Shown here one piece after another: positions 24,770 through 37,570 of a stretch of DNA of 64,000 nt. Numbering within the stretch: the first letter of the stretch is position 1; each line of letters starts with the position of its first letter. Where the stretch lies: the NCBI RefSeq assembly GCF_006345805.1, contig NC_043002.1, positions 53,568,001 to 53,632,000 on the forward strand. The letters run 5' to 3'. The stretch comes from Octopus sinensis (taxonomy: Eukaryota). The notes under the pieces are model-generated. The model was not told where the DNA came from and made no database searches. It saw only the letters and a list, made by a program, of their open reading frames with translations. The translations under genes and the position numbers were made by a program.

Positions 24770-25800
24770 ACACCTCTGTCTCTTTTCTTGACATTTCGGT
24801 CAGCATTCATCACTCCACTCTCACCATCTCCATCCACTACAAACACACAGACTCACACTCATAACTAAACTTCTCTTCCTCCCACCCTAAACACACCAAG
24901 CTTTCCATCCCCTATTCCCAATTCCCCAGTCTCAACTCATGGCTCGCCACTTCATTCTACGTGGATATCCACTATCCTCACCACTATCCACACCGCCCTT
25001 GCCAGAGCAGGTTCCGTGGACCGGGCATCTGCTCTCTCCCCCACGAAGCTGCCCTGCTGTCTCCTGTCTCCCATTTCCCCTCACGTACCACCCTACTACC
25101 CTCCTCTCTAACGCACATTCTCCGAGCCTTCTGGCGACTCCAGTCCGACTGCTCCACTTGGTACATCTTCCCTAATCGACCCGTCCCCTCTTCAAATAAG
25201 CCCACAACCTATGAGACTTCTTGGTCCACAGCTTCTTCCCTAACCGAACCTCCCAGCCGGCTTGTTCCCCTGCTCCCGCCCACGCTGCCGCACATGCCCT
25301 TACCTCTCCAACACCACCATCCACACCAGCACCCATCATTGACCCTATCACATCATCTACTCCTTCAACTGCACTTCTACCAATGTCCTCTATTGCATCG
25401 CTTGCTCTTTCTGCCCTTCTCTATACATCGGGCAAACGGTTCGCGGAGCACCTACGAGACATCCGACTTGGCAATGACACCCCGATCTCGCACCATTTCC
25501 GCTCTACCAGTCACTTTTTGTAACGCCTGTCCGTGTTCGGATTGTCCTTGCACAGGTGACATCCAGACACCCGTTTTAACCGTGAACAATGATTAATCTT
25601 CACTCTTCGCTCCTTTGCGACACATTGGTTCAACTCTCCTTCCCTCTTCATCTAACCTCGCCTTTCTCCCCCTCACAACTACTTCCTCCCACCCAATTCT
25701 CCTCTTTTGCTTCGATTCCTACATTTCTTCACCCCTCTCATTTTCTCGTCGCTTCTTTCCTTTACCACAACAATATCATGTCTCCGAGTCTCAATTAGGG
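24770..25800 (+). mobile_element. Second Penelope-like remnant (RT thumb plus GIY-YIG), different family
   Basis: SFLDISVSI..HYKHTDSHS*LNFSSSHPKHTKLSIPYSQF, then FNCTSTNVLYCIACSFCPSLYIGQT and, after a frameshift, FAEHLRDIRLGNDTPISHHF. Confidence 0.8.
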
Positions 25801-25908
25801 AGTCACATTGTATTGTAAATTGCGGCAGTATCTCATGTTCCTTGTTGTCAGTGACTCGTGGTTAATTTTCGTACCATTTCCGCATTGTTATTATTATTAT
25901 TTATTATT

Positions 25909-26302
25909 CAGTAGTTTTATTTTTATAGCGTGCTTTCACTTCACTACCGAGCGCAGCTCTGTGTGCCTTGGGTATGTGCTGTGATTTGTTGTGATGCTCT
26001 GATGGTTATTGTATGGAAAGTGTTCTGCGTAGGATGTGTGCAGTGCCTAGTAGTGCAATTTTCTGTATGTTATATGTGTTTGTAAGTCCTGGTGTTTTTG
26101 TTATGTATTTGTCTGAATATTTTTTTATCATGCCTAATGCACCTACTATGATAGGAATGTTTCTGTTTTCAGATTCCACATTCTAGTTACCTCTATTTCC
26201 AGGTTTTTGTATTTTGAGAGTTTCTCCATTTCTTTTAGAGACACGTTGTCATCTGCCGGTATTGATACATCAATTAGAAAGCATTTTTTTCTTCATGATC
26301 TC

Positions 26303-26303
<1 letters not shown>
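25909..26303 (-). mobile_element. R4/Dong-type non-LTR element family A, short 5'-truncated copy
   Basis: Nearly identical to 31951-32352; flanked on both sides by (ATT)n. Confidence 0.9.
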
Positions 26304-26345
<42 letters not shown>

Positions 26346-26470
26346 GAGAGAGCAGTACATGCCATCAAAGTGACAGTGGGGTAAAATATACGAAGCTCAG
26401 ATACTCATCATGACTACCCGTCTGATAAGGGTACACTAGATACACGCATCACAACCATATGTGCGTATTA
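26346..26470 (-). mobile_element. Probable 3' UTR of another TAA-repeat-associated non-LTR element
   Basis: Unique block abutting the (ATT)n tract in the same orientation as the Dong-type 3' ends; no coding evidence retained. Confidence 0.35.
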
Positions 26471-26534
26471 TGATCATTATTGAGTAAGTGAGTTAGTAGT
26501 AGTAGTTGTAGTAGTAGTAGTGGCAGCAGTATAA

Positions 26535-26594
<60 letters not shown>

Positions 26595-27843
26595 TACATA
26601 TATCCTTTTACGAGATAAGCAATGGTTTATCGCTGGAAAAAGCATATAGTATTTTGCGCGTACAGTGAGTTTTCATCAATAGCTGGTGATTAACTCACTG
26701 AGGACGAGTAACCACCTAGAAACTCGAGTCCGTTTGTATCACGTAAGGTTAGAGATAACCTCCCCTCGCAAATACTAATCGGAAACAGAATGTGTGTCGT
26801 TAGCCAGCTGGAAGAGATATCTTCCTGGGGCTATAAACATCAGCAGCACAGCCCCGTCTAGGACGCCACACGTGGCAATTATGCTACGATATATATAGAT
26901 ATTTATATATATATTCGTACATAAATACATATATGAATACATATATACATATATACATTTCTGCATTATATACCTTGCCTAAGACACACACCCGATGCAG
27001 TTGTAGTGGCAGGATCATGACATACAGTGAATCTTAAGCTATCTAAGACCTTGATTGTTATTTGTGTATACCTTTTCCCTTCATTCACACGTCTTGCATG
27101 CAACCTGAAGCATAAAGTCTCTGTATTTTTTCTGTATATCTCCACGTCTTTGTGGCCAATAAAGTAAAAATCATTGTTGCTATTGTTGTTTATGATGATG
27201 ATAATGATGATAGTGATGGTGATGACGATGGCAACGACGACGACCATGATACTGCCCCTTTGATATTTTGTTTAATTATTCTATTTATTCTCCATTTCTG
27301 AGATCGATCAACAACCGTTACAATTAACTCGACTTAAAAGTAACCTGCATGCAGAGGAAAGATTACTGCTTAAGCGGATTTGTTTACGAACACACAGATC
27401 CCCTAACCAGCGGAGAATTCTTTTTTTTCAACTTTCTATTGTTTTTTTTTTTCAGAACCCATCTAATAAAGTAATGGTTTGTCCTCAATTGTTCATCTGA
27501 TTTTAAAGTGCAGTATAGTGCATAAATCTAATCATTGTAGCAAACCAGTGGCACAGCACAGTTTCAATTCCCATGTTTTATAAGCTTGTTTTACTAGAGG
27601 CATTGTTGCCCTTGAGAATGTTGCTAATGCTACAACCTTCTCTGATAAAAGTACAATGTCTTCCTGTGTAATGAAGTTCTGTCCTCTACTCCCTTAGAAA
27701 ATATGCCAAGCTCAGAGTAAAACTTGATTAATGTGCTGTAAAACTGATTTTTGATAGAAACCTAATTCTTTTCGCTTGGTCAGCTAATGTATTTGAAAAC
27801 ATCATGAGTAAGACCACAATCTTACTCTTACAAACTATCAAAT

Positions 27844-27881
<38 letters not shown>

Positions 27882-28190
27882 GTGAAGAAAATGAACAGAA
27901 ATCGCTTTTCTCATCATTTTTCCAAACATCTAATTATTAACATTGTAAAATTGTCTGAAAGGTCATTTCTATTGATTTTTTTCAGATATATAATACAGCA
28001 TAAAGTATTTTCTATTTCTGATTCTATTTCTTATGTATGTATGTATTTTTTATATTATATTAAAGTATTATTGGCCCTTGCAAGCACTGATATGACAGCA
28101 TTAAATAACAATCTTATCATTGGAAATTTTACCCACTTTCAAAGTAGTGAGTTCAGTAATAGGTTGATTTCCAATGTATATATATATGTG

Positions 28191-28264
<74 letters not shown>

Positions 28265-28475
28265 ATGTATATGGAACTTTTTTATTTTATGTCGCATAAG
28301 ATGGTGTCCATATTCCGCCATTCACTGTTCTCTGATGTGTGAAAGGAAAATAACGTTAATTGAAATTTTCACTTTACAATATATGTATATTTGTATATAC
28401 TCATATAGACATGCAAATGCGCATATGTTTGTGCGTGTGTTTGTCTGCATGCATATGTATGTATATATATGTATG

Positions 28476-28518
<43 letters not shown>

Positions 28519-29049
28519 TTGTATGTATGTATATATATATATGTATATATATGTATAAATATGTGTATATATATATACATATATACATATGTATATATAT
28601 ATAGATATGTGTGTGTGTATGTATGTATGTATGTATGTATGTATGTATGTATGTTTGGATGGATGGATGGATGGATGGATGAATGGAGAGGAATCCCTGG
28701 CTAACGGGAGTAATGCGATCCTGAATATCTGGCTGTTAAAATGAAATTCCGTAATGCGAAATGAATTTTTTTTTATTGATTTTCATATTATCTTTTGAAA
28801 TTGCGTCCCTACGGCCTTTTACAAAAAAAAAGATATATAAAAAGCACTAGTAAGGAACACAGAACAAACAACCCAACCACCGTTATACATTAAAATAACA
28901 ATGTCTAAACATGCGCAGTTAGGAAATAACTAAGAACCGTAATATCGTAAGAATACGTTCTTACCACAAAATATCTTGATTACTTTTTGAGGGTGTGTGG
29001 AGAAGGAATGACAGTTACTATGAGGCTGAGGGTTAACATTTGCCATCGT

Positions 29050-29790
29050 ATAGTTCATTATCTCCAGCATCAGCTTGTAGGATGAAGAACTTATTTAAAA
29101 AAATATTTGTTGTTGATGACGCATCATCTCTTTATACAGCTCAGTATAGGAACTGGCTCATTGTTAACTCATCTTTTAATTTTCATTTTACGTTTACGAT
29201 TAATATGATTATCAGCAAATTCCTGCAGACCTTCCTCTATAATTTCCAGCCCTTCAACAATATGTTTTGTAGCCATTTAAGTGGTGTAGGCGGAACCTCC
29301 GTTGTCTCATCTGTAATTCTCACCTTGTTGAGTTTTCCAGCACTCTGGGAAGCTAACAACTCAGTTCAATCATCCTCTTTGACTTCTACAAATCCTACAA
29401 CCTTTGCAAGTGTCATAATATTTTTTTCGATTTTGATGTAGTCTTTCTGCTTGAGGAAAACTTGTAATGTCACGGATAAAGTTTGGCCATATACTTATCC
29501 AAGCACTATTCATAGTTGAAGGTTTCACTTCATCTCATGACATAGCTATTTTATCACCAGCATCATTGTGTTGAATTCCTTTCAGAAATCTCTAATCAGG
29601 TATATGCTCCCTGTCAATTGCTTTCATAAATTGTTTGAAAATTGGCTGGAGCAAAAACGTTGTATTCTTGGAGATACACTAACATTAAAAGAAAGGTTGT
29701 CTAATTTCGCTGGGCGACTCGGTGCATTGTCTAAGAAATGGTTCGCCGGAATTTACAGAGAATTCGGCCTTTGCACTTCTAACTTAAGAC
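29050..29790 (-). mobile_element. pogo/Tigger DDE transposase remnant
   Basis: Frameshifted minus-strand peptides FLDNAPSRP..NTTFLLQP, IRDF*KEFN, S*DEVKPSTMNSAWISIWP, LAKVVGFVEVKEDD*TELL match the Tigger DDE_1 and C-terminal pattern. Confidence 0.7.
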
Positions 29791-30460
29791 ATAAACACAC
29801 ACACACTCATACACAAACACTCACACACACACTCTCACACTGACACACACACACACAAACACACACTCATGCACACATATGTATTCATATATATGCTGCT
29901 CTCTGTTGAAGCCAGTTGGATTAAAAAATTGATGGATATTGGTGCTGTAGTGGTTATATTGTTCTTGCTAATTGTATTGTTGTAGCTGTTTAGTCTCAAA
30001 TCAATCTCCATAGACTTAAGATCAAAGACATTTCATTCAAATTTCAGAATAAACTTGGAGACCACATTATAAGTTTTTATTTGAAATGGATTTGTTTGTT
30101 TAATTTAAACTGTATATTACGGTTGTTGTGTTGGTAGTGGTATTCGTATAGATAGTTCTTATACTCACATTATATGTACTCACATTAGGTGCATTATGTG
30201 TTAATGTGTGTACAAGTATGTGTGTAATATGACAGTTTTCCAAATCGTTAAATATATACTTTGATCTGAACTGAAACGCCAGCGGCCATTGTGCTAAGAA
30301 GAAAAGTGAATTTCTTAATGGCTAACAATTTAAAACTATGCAATTCAAGTTTCCGTATGAGCGAAATTACCTGACCGTATCCTGAAATTAATGGTCATAA
30401 TTTACCATTTCCGTAACCGTGAAGTCCCATAATGGAGAGGATGTCTATATATATATATAT

Positions 30461-30672
30461 ACTCTTTTTTTTACTCTTTTACTTGTTTCAGTCATTTGAC
30501 TGTGGCCATGCTGGAGCACCGCCTTTAGTCGAGCAAATCGACACCAGCACTTATTCTTTGTAAGCCTAGTACTTATTCTATCGGTCCCTTTTTGCCGAGC
30601 CGCTAAGTTACGGGGACGTAAACACACCAGCATGGGTTGCCAAGCGATGTTGGTGTGACAAACACAGAGACA

Positions 30673-30770
<98 letters not shown>

Positions 30771-30854
30771 CGACGGGCCTCTTTCTGTTTCCGTCTACCA
30801 AATCCACTCACAAGGCTTTGGTTGACCCGAGGCTATAGTAGAAGACACTTGCCC
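30461..30854 (-). mobile_element. SINE family A, 5'-truncated
   Basis: Reverse complement of family A from gggcaagtgtcttctactatagcc through the internal CA/TA tract to the gaaacaagtaaaagagtaa tail. Confidence 0.88.
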
Positions 30855-31950
30855 ATATACACACATATATATATATATATATACATACATACATACATGC
30901 ATACATACATGCATACATACATACATACATACATACATACATACATACATACGAACATATACACACACACGCACGCAGACACACATACACGCACACACAC
31001 ATATTTTTGACTGAAGACATAGAAAGAAAATCTTGCATTAATGAGAAATTAATTTTATAATGCTTAACAATTTTTGGCTTTATTCCGTACAAAGAAATGG
31101 CCTGCGATGTATAATACAATTAAGTATTTGAGGCTCCTATTTCTTAATGATGACCAGTACTTAGCTCTCATTCCTTTGCTTTAAGCGATTCACTGCTAAA
31201 TCCAATTAGCTTCAATTATATTGCTAATACCATTTAGAAGTGCATAATAACTCCTCGACCCATTCACCTTCATATTGAAAGTGTAACCTTGTATTTCAAT
31301 AATCAATCCTTATTATGTGTATTGTGACGGTAACTGCCATGAAAGTAGGACACCAAATACAATCAGACAGTTGTACATGATTTATTAATTCACAGCGTAG
31401 TTTATAGAAGTTCTGTACAATTTATGAATGCCACATTAGCCGTGTTTCGTACAGAACTTTCTCTGGAACTAAAGTTAATGGGAAATTGTCCCAGTGTAAT
31501 CCTCCCTTGAAGGATCACAGGATTATGATGTTGTCTGTGATATATAGATGATTGAATACATTTAGAAAACCATTATTAAGCCTACGAAGTCTCTGGTATC
31601 TCTACGATTAAGTACTTTGGTAAAACTGTCATTGAGCATATGAAGTTATTACCATAGAACAATGATGAAGAATAGAGTGAAGACGATTGTAGTAGTAGTG
31701 GTGGTCGTGGCGGTGGTGTTGATGATAAGGATATGGATGATGACGATTCATTATCATTATTATTATTATTATTGTTATTATTATTTATTTATTTAAAATA
31801 TGTATTTAAAAAATTAATAATTAAATTCATGAATGGATGTTGCTTTCACAGCGATAATGCTCTTCTCAGTACATGAGTCGTTCAGTAAACACGATTTTTT
31901 GCACTTCCTGTAGGGATGGTAAGCCTGGTATTATTATTATTATTATTATT

Positions 31951-33530
31951 CAGTAGTTTTATTTTTATTTTTATAGCGTGCTTTCACTTCACTACCGAGC
32001 GCAGCTCTGTGTGCCTTGGGTATGTGCTGTGATTTGTTGTGATGCTCTGATGGTTATTGTATGGAAAGTGTTCTGCGTAGGATGTGTGCAGTGCCTAGTA
32101 GTGCAATTTTCTGTATGTTATATGTGTTTGTAAGTCCTGGTGTTTTTGTTATGTATTTGTCTGAATATTTTTTTATCATGCCTAATGCACCTACTATGAT
32201 AGGAATTGTTTCTGTTTTCAGATTCCACATTCTAGTTACCTCTATTTCCAGGTCTTTGTATTTTGAGAGTTTCTCCATTTCTTTTAGAGGCACGTTGTCA
32301 TCTGCCGGTACTGATACATCAATTAGAAAGCATTTTTTTTCTTCATGGTCTCTGACAACTATATCTGGTCTGTTGGCCTTAATTTCTCTATCTGTGTGTA
32401 TCGGCATATCCCAGAGTATGGTTGCTTTCTCGTTTTCTGTGACCTTTTCTGGTGTGTGCCTATACCATCTTTTTTCTGTTGTTATTCCATAATGTTGGCA
32501 TAGCTTCCAATGTATGTAAGTTCCAACTCTGTCATGTCTGTGAATATATTCCTTCTTAGCCAAGACTGGGCAGCTAGAGATAATATGATTTATTGTTTCT
32601 TGTCCATCTCCACATATTCTGCAGTTACTTGTAATATTTCTTTTCATTACATGTTTTTGGTAATTTCTGGTGGGGAGGCTTTGGTCTTGTGCTGCAATTA
32701 AAAATCCCTCTGTTTCTGCTTTGAGTCCTGAGCTTCTCAACCATTGCTGGGATTTTTCTTTGTCTATTTCTTTTGCGTTTAGTTTAGTCCAGTATTTACC
32801 ATGAAGGGGCTTTTCTTGCCATCGTTTTATCATGGTTCGTTGCTGTTCTATTTTTAGTTTGGATTTCATTTTTTTTATAGCTTTTGTTGTTTCTTCATCT
32901 TCTTCTTCTTCTTCTTCATGTTTATTAGGTGGTATGATTTCTTGTTTGTATTTGTCAGCTTCCTTAAATACTGAGAACAGTTTTTTGCTTTGCTCGTGTT
33001 TTGCCGCTATCTGGATCAGTTTTCCTTCCTTCTGAAGTAGATATGTTTGCAGTCCTATGGTGGTTATTTTATAGTAGTTTTCCAGCTGTATAAGGCCTCT
33101 ACCACCTTCTATACGTTGTATATATAGTCTTTCTATGTCAGATTTTGGGTGATGCATCCTAGATCCTGTCATTATTTTTCTTGTTTTCCTGTCTATTTTG
33201 GTCAGTTCATTTCGTGTCCAGTTAAGGATATTGTAGCTGTAACTTATAACTGGGACAGCTAAAGTGTTGATACCTATTATCTTGTTTTTAGCATTGAGCT
33301 CTGTGTTTAGTATTGATCTAACTCGTCTATAATATTCTTTTTTTATTTTCTCTTTCATTTGTGTGTGTTGTGTCTTATCTAGTTCATGGATTCCTAAGTA
33401 TTTGTAAGTTTGGCTTTGGTCTAATTCTTTTATTTCATTTGCTTCATCTAGTGTGATGTTGTTACTCTTAACTAGTTTTCCTCTTTTCATGGTTACTTTG
33501 GCGCATTTTTCTAATCCAAATTTCATATCT
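31951..33530 (-). mobile_element. R4/Dong-type RLE non-LTR retrotransposon family A, 5'-truncated; open RT C-terminus, CCHC knuckle and restriction-like endonuclease
   Basis: About 490 open codons (32054-33530): MKFGLEKCAK..YKYLGI..GGRGL..CRICGDGQETINHIISSC..RHD..ANRPDIVVRD..LIDVSVP..EKLSKYKDL..PIIVGALG..LLGTAHILRRTL*; (ATT)n on both sides. The Ile run in the ORF track is the flanking microsatellite. Confidence 0.9.
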
Positions 33531-33573
33531 ATTATTATTATTATTATTATTATTGTTATTATTATTATTATTA

Positions 33574-33634
<61 letters not shown>

Positions 33635-34189
33635 GTTGTGATGAAAACTCACAGCTTATTTTTCTGCGTATGATGGAAAGTGTCAGCTGTCCATAGCCAT
33701 CAGACTAAAGTGACACTTGTTTGCTGGTCATATTTTAAGAACACTGCGAAGAATTCTTGCAAGTCCAAACAATGCTGATTTTTGGCCAGTGGGGTGCTTC
33801 TGTAGTAACGCTCCATAACCATCACATTTACTTGTTTACTCCACTTATGTCTTGTAGCATGGCTAGCGGTTGCTGGATTACGACCAGGCCCACCCTGCTG
33901 TACAGTGGGGCCCTTAGCGGGTGCTGTACCGTCACCATTGGTTCCAGTCCCATTCACACCGTTATTGTCACCTATTTTGCTTGGCATTTTCACTCACAAA
34001 TGAGGTGTTTTTAAGTTACTACCAACCGGTGTTTTTATCGAGACATCACCTCTATCAAGGTAGTCCGCCAAGGCAGCATGCGTCTTACTTCTCTGGTTTT
34101 GAACTCAGAGTGGTCCTCCTCCTAGGCTAACGAGTACGAGCTACCCGGAGCACTGGTTATTCGAAGGCGCTAGATACTCGCCTTTTCCC
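33635..34189 (-). mobile_element. Internally deleted R4/Dong-type element family B (5' end joined to 3' end)
   Basis: 5' UTR, then MPSK..RHKWSKQVNVMVMERYYRSTP, joined near 33785 to QKSALFGLARILRSVLKI* and a ~93-nt 3' UTR; (ATT)n on both sides. Confidence 0.7.
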
Positions 34190-34247
34190 ATTATTATTTT
34201 ATTATTATTATTATTATTATTATTAATTTATTTTTTTATTATTATTA

Positions 34248-34620
34248 TAGGCGCAGAAGTGGCTGTGTGGTAAGTGGCTTGATTACCAACTACATGGTTC
34301 TGGGTTCTGTCCCACTTCGTGACACCTTGGCTAAATGTATTCAACCATAGCCTCGGGCCGACCAAACCCTTGTGAGCGGATTTGGTAGACGGAAACTGAT
34401 AGAAGCCGTGTGTGTATATGTTTGTGTGTCTGTGTTTGTCCCCCCAACATCGCTTGACAACGTATGGTGGTGTGTTTAGGTCCCCGTAACTTATAGGTTC
34501 GGCATAAGAGACCGATAGAATATGCACTAGGTTTGCAAAGAATAAGTCCTGGCGTCGTTTTGCTCCAGTATGGCCGCAGTCAAAGGACTGAAACAAGTAA
34601 AATAGTAAAGAGTAAGAGTA
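34248..34620 (+). mobile_element. SINE family A (diverged)
   Basis: AGGCGCAGAAGTGGCTGTGTGG..GGGTTCTGTCCC..GACTGAAACAAGTAAAATAGTAAAGAGTAAGAGTA. Confidence 0.85.
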
Positions 34621-34804
34621 TTATTATTACTATTACTATTATTGTGAAAGACTCTCGGTTACTTTTTAATTACCGGTTATTCCACAGAGGCCTGCTTTGC
34701 ATCATTTCGGGGTCGATAAATTAAGTACCATTTGCGTACTGGGGACCATCTAATCGACTGACCCTCTCCCCAAAACTTCAGGTTTTGTTCCTATAGTAGG
34801 AAGG

Positions 34805-34857
<53 letters not shown>

Positions 34858-35659
34858 GATTATTATGATTATTATGATTATTATTATTATGATTATTATC
34901 AATATTATCATTAAATCTTTACGTTTTGAGTTCAAATTCCGCCCAGTTCCACTTTGCCCTTTACCCTTTCGGGTTGACGAAGTTAGTACCAGTGGGAAAC
35001 GGGGTCGATACAATCAACTAGACCCTTATCTCAACAATTGCAGGCCTTGTGCTTATAGTAGAAAGTTGATTATGACTAATTTTAACAGTAACATGAAGCA
35101 GATATCACTGAATTACAGGTAATATGAAACAGATATCATTGAATGTAGTACGCAGCATATGATACTGGTGAATGGCTGCAGTCCAATGACCGAAACATGT
35201 AAAACATAAGATACGATATCAAGCAGTAAATAAATATAAAACAATTAAAAAACTATATAAAACAAGAAAACTTGTTTAAATACTATCAAATGTGATGAAT
35301 TCCACCAAATGAAACTACCGAATTCAATTCCTATCATTTGTATTAGCGTATTTAGTATCGATTTCAGTGAAAACTGGTAGTTAAATTACAGAAGGATCTA
35401 ATCCAGTCTCGATAGGAAAACGAGATTTTTTTTTTCTTATATCTTGTATGTTGTTTTTTTTATTTCTTTTCTCTTTTTTTTGTACTTTGTTGTTGCAGTT
35501 TCATCTTCATTAAGCTATCTACTTATTTTCTGTCCTAACATGAAAGGAATTTTTTGCAGGACTAAATTAAAATTAACCCACGACTACTTTTTTATTCCGA
35601 AAAGAAGATAAACAAAACAATCAAACAAGAAAAAAAAAATGTAAACTGAAGATGGATGA

Positions 35660-36240
35660 GAATATGATTAGGCAGGAAGAAGAAGAGGTGGGTGAGAGTT
35701 GGGGGTAAGAATGAGATGACGATGATGGAAAGAGGAGGGAAAGGAAAAGGAGGAGAGGAAGGAAAAGGAGAAGGAGTGGGACGGGATAGAGATGGAGATG
35801 CAGGTTCTAAAATTGCTGTTTCTGTTGTTGTTGTTGTAGTCGCTGTCGTTGTTGTTATTGTTGTTGGTGGTGGTGGTGAAATTAATGATGATCATGATGA
35901 TGATGATTTTGATTTACAGGAAGTGCATGATGGTGGTGATGATGATGATGATGAGGACAACGAGACGATGATGATTGTGGTAGTGAAATAATGAGAAATA
36001 AATGAAGCAGTGGAAAGAAGGGCAGAAATAGGAAGAATCTGATATAGAAAACAAGTTGGATGATGATGACGGTGGTGGTGGTGGTGATTATAATGATGTT
36101 AATGATGGTGATGACGATGGTGATGACGATGATCATGATCATGATGATGACAACGACGACGATGGCGATGATGAAGATGATATGGCGGACGGCGGTGACA
36201 ATAGAGAAAAGGAGAAAAATTAATAAAGTTTATAAGATTA
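35660..36240. repeat. Mosaic trinucleotide low-complexity block (GAT/GGT/GTT/GAC)
   Basis: Imperfect trinucleotide runs seen directly. Confidence 0.85.
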
Positions 36241-37090
36241 AGAAATATATATTAGAATAAAAAAAATATTATTTCCATATTTTGTTTACGAGAAAATATT
36301 TCATCGCCAATCACAAACCAATTGGCCAATATCCTGTGGTTTTATTTAATATACGTCATTTTGGTAAACATCCCAGAAATTACAGAAGATAACCTGCATG
36401 ATAAAAATGGTAGCGATGTCAATTATATTTTGTACAGGAATTGCAGTTGTTGCTGTTGATATTATTATTTCTGTTGTGTTAGCCCCAGAACAGCCTTAAG
36501 CAAACACAGTATGTATTATCCCTGTAACATCTAGATATCTAATTGGTACTTAATATTTAACTCCTAGAATGTATCATCGTATAATTCCCTGAAGGACCAG
36601 TATCTCGTGTCAATTCGCAGCGTCTTCCCTTCATGTATCAGTTACTGAAGAGGAGATATCACTTCGAAATGCATGCACCCAGCAGACGCGTTAGAGGAAA
36701 CTGTGAACTGACCTGGTGTAGTTGCACCAATTTGTTTACAGCGAAACATTTTGTACATGACAAAATATAATGGATGACTTTCTTACGGATTTGAAAATTT
36801 GAAGCATATTCGAACTGCTAAGTTTGTAATTAGAACTCAGAAGATATCTGAATTATCATTTTAAGAGAGATATTATTTTTCATAAAACATTAACGCGTTG
36901 TCGATTTATATAGCAGCTAATTTTGATGGCAGCAAATGCTATATATTATGTAGCTACATTTGTAAATGTCTCCGATCAGCAGTAATTTACGAGCTGACTG
37001 TACGCTGATGCTCCGTCAATAGTGGTAAATAATCCGCAATTTTCTATATGCGATATATTTGAAGTCCTTTTTTCAAGAAGACAACACACT

Positions 37091-37288
37091 CACAAGGCCA
37101 GCAATTTCGGGGGTGGGAGGAAGTCGATTACATCGACCCCAGTACTCAACTGGTACTTATTTTATCGACTCCAAAATGATAAAAGACAGAGTTGATATCG
37201 GCGGCATTTGAACTCAGAACGCAAAGGCGGACGAAATGCCGCCAGGCATTTTGTCCAGCATCCTACCGATTCTGTTAGATCCCGCCTT
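37091..37288 (-). mobile_element. SINE family B
   Basis: cacaaggccagcaatttc..agtcgattacatcgaccccagtactcaactggtactt..gaactcagaacg matches the reverse complement of family B. Confidence 0.75.
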
Positions 37289-37319
37289 AGGTTGGGTGGA
37301 AATATTGGAAAGAATCGGA

Positions 37320-37570
37320 TGAGAGATTAAGAGAATGAAAGAAACAAACAAACAAAGAGAGAAAGAAAGAAAGGATGAAAGGAAGAATGAAAGAATGAAA
37401 GAAAGGAGGAAAGAAAGGAAGAAACAAAGAAAGAAAGAGGAAAGAAAGAAACGAAAGCAGGCAGGAAGGAAGGAAGACAAAAGAAAGAAACAAAAAACAA
37501 AGAAGTAAAGAAGGAAGGAAGGAAGGAAGGAAGGAAGGAAGGAAGAAAGGAAAGCAGGAGGGAAGAAATA
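37320..37570. repeat. (GAAA)/(GAAG)n purine-rich tetranucleotide repeat
   Basis: Seen directly. Confidence 0.9.

Noticed and set aside
24268-24846. 192-aa minus-strand ORF
   Set aside because: Composite of simple repeats, unique DNA and the antisense of the Penelope fragment.
33531-33652. Poly-Ile N-terminus of the 532-aa ORF
   Set aside because: It is translation of the flanking (AAT)n target microsatellite, not part of the protein.
35660-36240. Asp/Met/Thr/His-rich ORFs as a low-complexity protein exon
   Set aside because: Trinucleotide mosaic open in several frames on both strands, with no flanking coding signal.
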